DNA from: an archaeon
Lineage (GTDB): Archaea > Nanobdellota > Nanobdellia > Woesearchaeales > GW2011-AR15
Direction of reading: 5' to 3'
Length of the DNA: 64,000 bases
Assembly (NCBI GenBank): GCA_043801855.1
Contig: JAZDLQ010000017.1
Span: 90,625 to 154,624 of the forward strand
Shown here: positions 59,721 through 64,000 of the stretch, piece by piece
Layout of the letters: each line of letters begins with the position of its first letter
Numbering within the stretch: the first letter of the stretch is position 1
Translations under genes and position numbers: made by a program
The notes under the pieces: model-generated
What the model was told of the DNA's origin: nothing
Databases searched by the model: none
What the model saw: only the letters and a program-made list of their open reading frames with translations

Positions 59721-60470
59721 ATGAAACTTGCACCAACAAAAATAAACATGTATGCCATTCTTGCAATGGTTGTCTGCTTCGCTGCAATAATTAGCGCAGT
59801 TATGGCAGTTGAGCCTGAAGGTGCATCCATTACCTATATTTCAAATTCAACAAAAAACGCTACAGCACCAAGCTCAAGAAATGACAGCAAAGGAACAATA
59901 ACTACTCTAACTTTGTCTGCAATCCAGCAAAATTACAAATGGAAAGCCTATGTCGGAAATGTAACAGGTACTCTTGTTTTGCAGGATTCATCGTCATATA
60001 GCATTTATGAATGGACAGCGCTTTCTAATCCATCTGGTATGATTTACATTACTAGGGACAATTCGATAACCTGGCCTCAGGTAAAATGTGCCAATCAGAC
60101 AACAATAGCACTCGAACAAGAAAATTTAAACCATTCTGTAACTGCATCAGACAATATTAATCACACTTTTTCATATACAGCCCATCAGTCTTTTTATGTA
60201 GGAGACGTACACATTGATAATAGCACTTGCAAAAGTGTTGCCACATGGATAAATAACTCACTTCAATCTGTTAATGAAGATTCAAATTTCCAGGAAATAC
60301 TGCTGCAGGATGACAGTAATTTAGTCTATGCAGCAGTAGTTGAGCAGAATTCATTCAGCTATAGGAATGACAACTCTACTTATGATTTCCAGGCACTAGT
60401 TGCAGACAGCGCATTGCCAGGCGTTACAGGCCAATCAACATATTATTTTTACATCGAGATATCAGCATAA
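59721..60470 (+). CDS. Secreted beta-rich subunit B (paralogue of A)
   Basis: Signal peptide; WKAYVGNVTG..L.D....IYEW; C-terminal YYFYIEISA. Confidence 0.65.
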   Translation: MKLAPTKINMYAILAMVVCFAAIISAVMAVEPEGASITYISNSTKNATAPSSRNDSKGTITTLTLSAIQQNYKWKAYVGNVTGTLVLQDSSSYSIYEWTALSNPSGMIYITRDNSITWPQVKCANQTTIALEQENLNHSVTASDNINHTFSYTAHQSFYVGDVHIDNSTCKSVATWINNSLQSVNEDSNFQEILLQDDSNLVYAAVVEQNSFSYRNDNSTYDFQALVADSALPGVTGQSTYYFYIEISA

Positions 60471-60480
60471 GGCAAGCAAA

Positions 60481-61425
60481 ATGAACCAGAATATTAGATT
60501 GCAAAAAAAGAACTTGCTTTCGGCAGGTCTTGCCATAGCCATATTTTCGCTTGCGCTATGGATATTGGTGCTTGAGGCGCCAACGCTTAGCCAGGGATAT
60601 CTCGGAGCTGCTGTAAACCAGTCATTAAATACAACTGTAAATATAACAAACGCAGCTCCTGAAGTTAGGAGTGCAGTATTGGATTCAAGCATTTTCCTTG
60701 AAGCATATGGTGAAGTAGCAGTAAATTGTACCGCAGTTGTCTTTGACTGGGATAATGATACTTTAACAGTTAATGCATCCCTATATCTTAATGGAAGAGC
60801 CATGCCTGATGGCACCCTTGATAATAATACATTATATAAAAATACATCATGCACAAGAATGACAGAGCAGGATAGGACAATGAACTACACCTGTGCATTC
60901 CCTGTCCAGTATTATGCTGATAACTCAACAAACTGGAGATGCAATGTAACTGCTGAAGATGATGAAAGGGCATATAACAGCAATATATCAAACGCTGGCA
61001 ATATTAACGCACTTGTTGCAATATATGTTCCTGGCGTATTAAATTTTGGAGAACTAGCTGTAAATGATATTTCAGAAGATAAGCTTGCAAATATTACAAA
61101 CGCCGGAAACAGAAACATAAGCATTGCAGCTGAAGGCTGGGGTGCAGTAAAAGGCGACGGCCTTGCTATGAACTGTTCATATGGAAGTATTGCAGTAGGA
61201 TATGAAAGATATAACTTAACAACAGGAAGATTATGGGATACTCAGATGGTCCAGTTGACAAACCAGTCTTTATCCATAAACGGCCTGCGGGTTTTCCATA
61301 GGTTTGCTGATACTGAAATTGCAACATCAACAAATACAACCTACTGGAAGCTTAAAATCCCTGCTCTCGCAGGCGGAATATGCACTGGTAAAATCCTATT
61401 TACTGCTTCAGACAGCGGCTCATAA
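60481..61425 (+). CDS. Secreted/anchored two-domain beta-sandwich protein
   Basis: N-terminal hydrophobic helix; LNFGEL..NITNAGNRNISI; C-terminal CTGKILFTA. Confidence 0.6.
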   Translation: MNQNIRLQKKNLLSAGLAIAIFSLALWILVLEAPTLSQGYLGAAVNQSLNTTVNITNAAPEVRSAVLDSSIFLEAYGEVAVNCTAVVFDWDNDTLTVNASLYLNGRAMPDGTLDNNTLYKNTSCTRMTEQDRTMNYTCAFPVQYYADNSTNWRCNVTAEDDERAYNSNISNAGNINALVAIYVPGVLNFGELAVNDISEDKLANITNAGNRNISIAAEGWGAVKGDGLAMNCSYGSIAVGYERYNLTTGRLWDTQMVQLTNQSLSINGLRVFHRFADTEIATSTNTTYWKLKIPALAGGICTGKILFTASDSGS

Positions 61426-61522
61426 GGCTAATCTTGTTGCATATCTTATAGAGATGTTTGCAAAAAACCATGTAAACCTATAAAAAAGATTATAAGCTTT
61501 TTCTTTTTCTTAAATTATATAA

Positions 61523-63268
61523 ATGAAAGATACGATTTTAAAGCATATACTTGATAAAAAGCTTGCTTGTTTTGGAAAAAATGAAGCCAAGATTGAGCTT
61601 GACAAGTCTATTCTTAAAACAAAAGAAGCAAGAGAGATATATGACAAAACATTAAGGAAAATAGGATTTTATTTTGCATTTGAAGATACTTTTAGGATTT
61701 TTTCCTTGTTTAGCCTGACAAATGATTCTTCTAAAATAATAGAGAGGCATGATTTTTTTAATAATGCGATAAAACAAAAATTCTCAAAATCCTTCTTAAA
61801 AAAGCTAACCTTCCCAAAGCAAGAATGGCGCCCGATGTATTCTGTTGTAATTGTTACAGAAGATGAAAAATCATTTATGGAATTAAAAAAAGAATCAGTC
61901 CCAGTAATCTTGCTGCAAAGCGAGTTTGACCTTGATGGGCTTGATAATTATGACCTTATACAAGCAGTTGAAATTGATAAGTTCTATTCAGCAATAGAAT
62001 CGCTTCCGCAGGCTGTATTTGTGTCAAAAGAAGAAGCATACCTTGAAAAATACTTAGTTGCGCTTTCTGGCTGGAAAAAAAATATTGCTATACTTAAGGA
62101 AAACATTAATTCTTTTGATCCAGATTCAAAAATTAAATTATCTGAAGTATTAGAATCCTTAAGTCCAATTCTTGCATTACTGGAAGCAGGCATGGCTAAA
62201 AAACTAAGTAAGGAAGATGTTTGTATTGCAAGAGATGAAATAAATAGAAAAGTTGCAGAAAAAATTAGGCCAATGACAATAAAAGGAGAATTTCTTTATG
62301 CGATGCTTTCAGCAAAATCAATGCCTGGTGAAATCCGTGAAATAATAATGGCAGAAATTGTGAATTCCGGCATTCCAAGAAACATATTTACAATTGGAAT
62401 TCCTGTTGCAGTTGATGAGCTTGCCCTAAATGCCTTATTAAAAAGCCAGGATTCAGATAGCTTTTCTTCATTTGCAAATAAGATAAAAAAAAACTCAACT
62501 GTAATTAGAAGCATTCCGCAGATGCTTTCTGTTCTTTCATCAAGCCTATTATATTTTGATTTTATATCATCAGTAAGTAATTTTTCTACAGAAAACAATC
62601 TGGTTTTGCCGCATATAGATAAGGGAATTAAGCTAATTAATTCCAAAAGCCTGCTTATAAATGACCCTAAGCCTGTTTCATTTTTTCTTGATAATAGCAT
62701 CAAATGCTCTATATTGACCGGAGCAAACAGCGGCGGAAAAACAACTCTTCTTGAGCATGCACTGCAAGTTATTATACTTGGCCAGATGGGCTTTCCTGTT
62801 AGCGGAAAAGTTTCTGTTGGACTATTTAGCGATATATATTATTTTGCAAAGACAAAGGGTGGTGCAAGCAAGGGAGCATTTGAAACACTGCTAACCCAGA
62901 TGTCAAAAGTTAAGCCAGGCAACAATACCTTAATACTGGCTGACGAAATAGAAGCAGTCACTGAACCTGGAGTTGCCTCCATGATAATTGCATCAACTGC
63001 AGACTATTTTATAAAAAAAGGATGTTTTTTAATTATTGCAACGCATCTTGGTCATGAGATAGTGAAGTATCTGCCAGAACATGCAAGAGTTGATGGCATT
63101 GAAGCAAAGGGCCTTGATGATAATGATAACCTGATAATTGACCATTCACCTGTTCTTGGAAGGCTTGCTAATTCAACACCAGAATTGATTATTGAAAAAA
63201 TGGCAAGAAAAAATAAAGAAGAGTTTTTTTTGTATTTGAATGAGAAAGTGAAAAATAATATAGTGTAA
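61523..63268 (+). CDS. Archaeal short MutS-family ATPase (MutS2/MutS5-like, no Smr domain)
   Basis: TGANSGGKTT, GAFE, LADEIEAVTEPG, IATH. Confidence 0.85.
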   Translation: MKDTILKHILDKKLACFGKNEAKIELDKSILKTKEAREIYDKTLRKIGFYFAFEDTFRIFSLFSLTNDSSKIIERHDFFNNAIKQKFSKSFLKKLTFPKQEWRPMYSVVIVTEDEKSFMELKKESVPVILLQSEFDLDGLDNYDLIQAVEIDKFYSAIESLPQAVFVSKEEAYLEKYLVALSGWKKNIAILKENINSFDPDSKIKLSEVLESLSPILALLEAGMAKKLSKEDVCIARDEINRKVAEKIRPMTIKGEFLYAMLSAKSMPGEIREIIMAEIVNSGIPRNIFTIGIPVAVDELALNALLKSQDSDSFSSFANKIKKNSTVIRSIPQMLSVLSSSLLYFDFISSVSNFSTENNLVLPHIDKGIKLINSKSLLINDPKPVSFFLDNSIKCSILTGANSGGKTTLLEHALQVIILGQMGFPVSGKVSVGLFSDIYYFAKTKGGASKGAFETLLTQMSKVKPGNNTLILADEIEAVTEPGVASMIIASTADYFIKKGCFLIIATHLGHEIVKYLPEHARVDGIEAKGLDDNDNLIIDHSPVLGRLANSTPELIIEKMARKNKEEFFLYLNEKVKNNIV

Positions 63269-63371
63269 TTAATGGATAAAAAATAAAAAACAGTGATTAG
63301 AATTATTAAGAAAAACAATCCTTCACAGTATAAAACACTACATTTATATTTCTATTAATAATTCAATAAGT

Positions 63372-63572
63372 ATGAAATTGACTGTTGTACTTGAACCTCA
63401 AGAAGAAGGAGGATATACAATATATGTTCCTTCACTGCCAGGATGCATCTCGCAAGGAGATACAAGAGAAAATGCTTTGGAAAATATTAAAGAAGCAATT
63501 GAATTGTATCTTGAAGCAGATACTAATGATTTAATTATATATACTGGAGAAAAAGCAGTTGTTTCTTTATGA
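63372..63572 (+). CDS. hicB: HicB-family antitoxin (short form)
   Basis: EEGGYTIYVPSLPGCISQGDTREN ALENIKEAIELY. Confidence 0.93.
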   Translation: MKLTVVLEPQEEGGYTIYVPSLPGCISQGDTRENALENIKEAIELYLEADTNDLIIYTGEKAVVSL

Positions 63573-63796
63573 GCAGTCTTCCAATAGTATCAGGAATCGA
63601 AGTTATTAAGCGTCTTAAGAAAGCTGGATTTGTTGCTACCAGGCAAAAGGGATCACATGTTCGGCTCGAAAAGTCGAATAAAAACAATTCTATTAAAATT
63701 ACTGTCCCATTACATCACGAGCTAAAAAAAGGAACACTTATCAGAATTATTAAGGATTCAGGTCTAACTGTTGATGAATTCAATGAATTAAAATAA
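63569..63796 (+). CDS. hicA: HicA-family toxin
   Basis: GF...RQKGSH, TVPLH.ELKKGTL. Confidence 0.93.
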   Translation: MSSLPIVSGIEVIKRLKKAGFVATRQKGSHVRLEKSNKNNSIKITVPLHHELKKGTLIRIIKDSGLTVDEFNELK

Positions 63797-63813
63797 ATTA
63801 ATAGTATTTCTAC

Positions 63814-64000
63814 TCAAATCTCCTTCCCGCACTTCTTGCATCGCTTTGCCCGTAGATTATTGATTTCCTTGCAGTCAGGGCACTTCTTTTTCATACCAAG
63901 TATAAGCAGCAATAGTATTAATATAATTAAAACAGGTGCATAAGTCAATGCAAGGCTACCAGCATCAGATAATGCGCTGCCTAAGTCAAATCCTGCTTCC
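63814..64000 (-). CDS. C-terminal end of a membrane protein with a zinc ribbon (runs off the window)
   Basis: Reverse strand reads ...APVLIILILLLLILGMKKKCPDCKEINNLRAKRCKKCGKEI*. Confidence 0.7.
   Translation of the reverse strand, partial: EAGFDLGSALSDAGSLALTYAPVLIILILLLLILGMKKKCPDCKEINNLRAKRCKKCGKEI

Noticed and set aside
1-64000. tRNA/rRNA genes; archaellum or type IV pilus genes
   Set aside because: None recognised by eye; tRNAscan-SE and HMM searches are needed to exclude them formally

Overview
AT-rich archaeal chromosomal segment, most consistent with a DPANN (Woesearchaeota-like) genome. This is inferred from TATA-box promoters, GAGGTG RBSs, an archaeal short MutS, KaiC-like ATPases, DUF5752-like domains and huge NxS/T-rich surface proteins. 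Left to right: (1) a 5'-truncated membrane-anchored surface protein and hypF; (2) a ~6.9-kb defence island between hypF and nikR, with a BsuBI/PstI-type R-M pair whose endonuclease is frameshifted at codon 4, an RHH + ParB-like + PD-(D/E)xK-like + C5-methyltransferase cassette bounded by a perfect 17-bp inverted repeat, and a tyrosine-recombinase relic; (3) nikR, a divergent membrane protein, hypBAEDC, a maturation protease and a cytoplasmic HupUV/HoxBC-like (group 2 sensory-type) [NiFe]-hydrogenase; (4) a divergent complete chemosensory cluster (HAMP-only receptor, MCP, cheW, two cheY, cheB, cheA, cheD, cheR), with five CheC paralogues across the region, two paired with Walker-A-less KaiC-like proteins, and no cheF or archaellum genes in the window; (5) a C25 peptidase, a DUF5752-KaiC ATPase and a surface-protein cluster with a 3640-aa giant protein whose C-terminal domain recurs as stand-alone secreted subunits; (6) a MutS-family ATPase and hicBA. 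The leading candidates for undescribed systems are an H2-sensing hydrogenase linked to a chemosensory pathway with CheC/KaiC-like output, and a putative non-type-IV filament with a giant tip adhesin. Family assignments come from motif recognition only; no searches were run.
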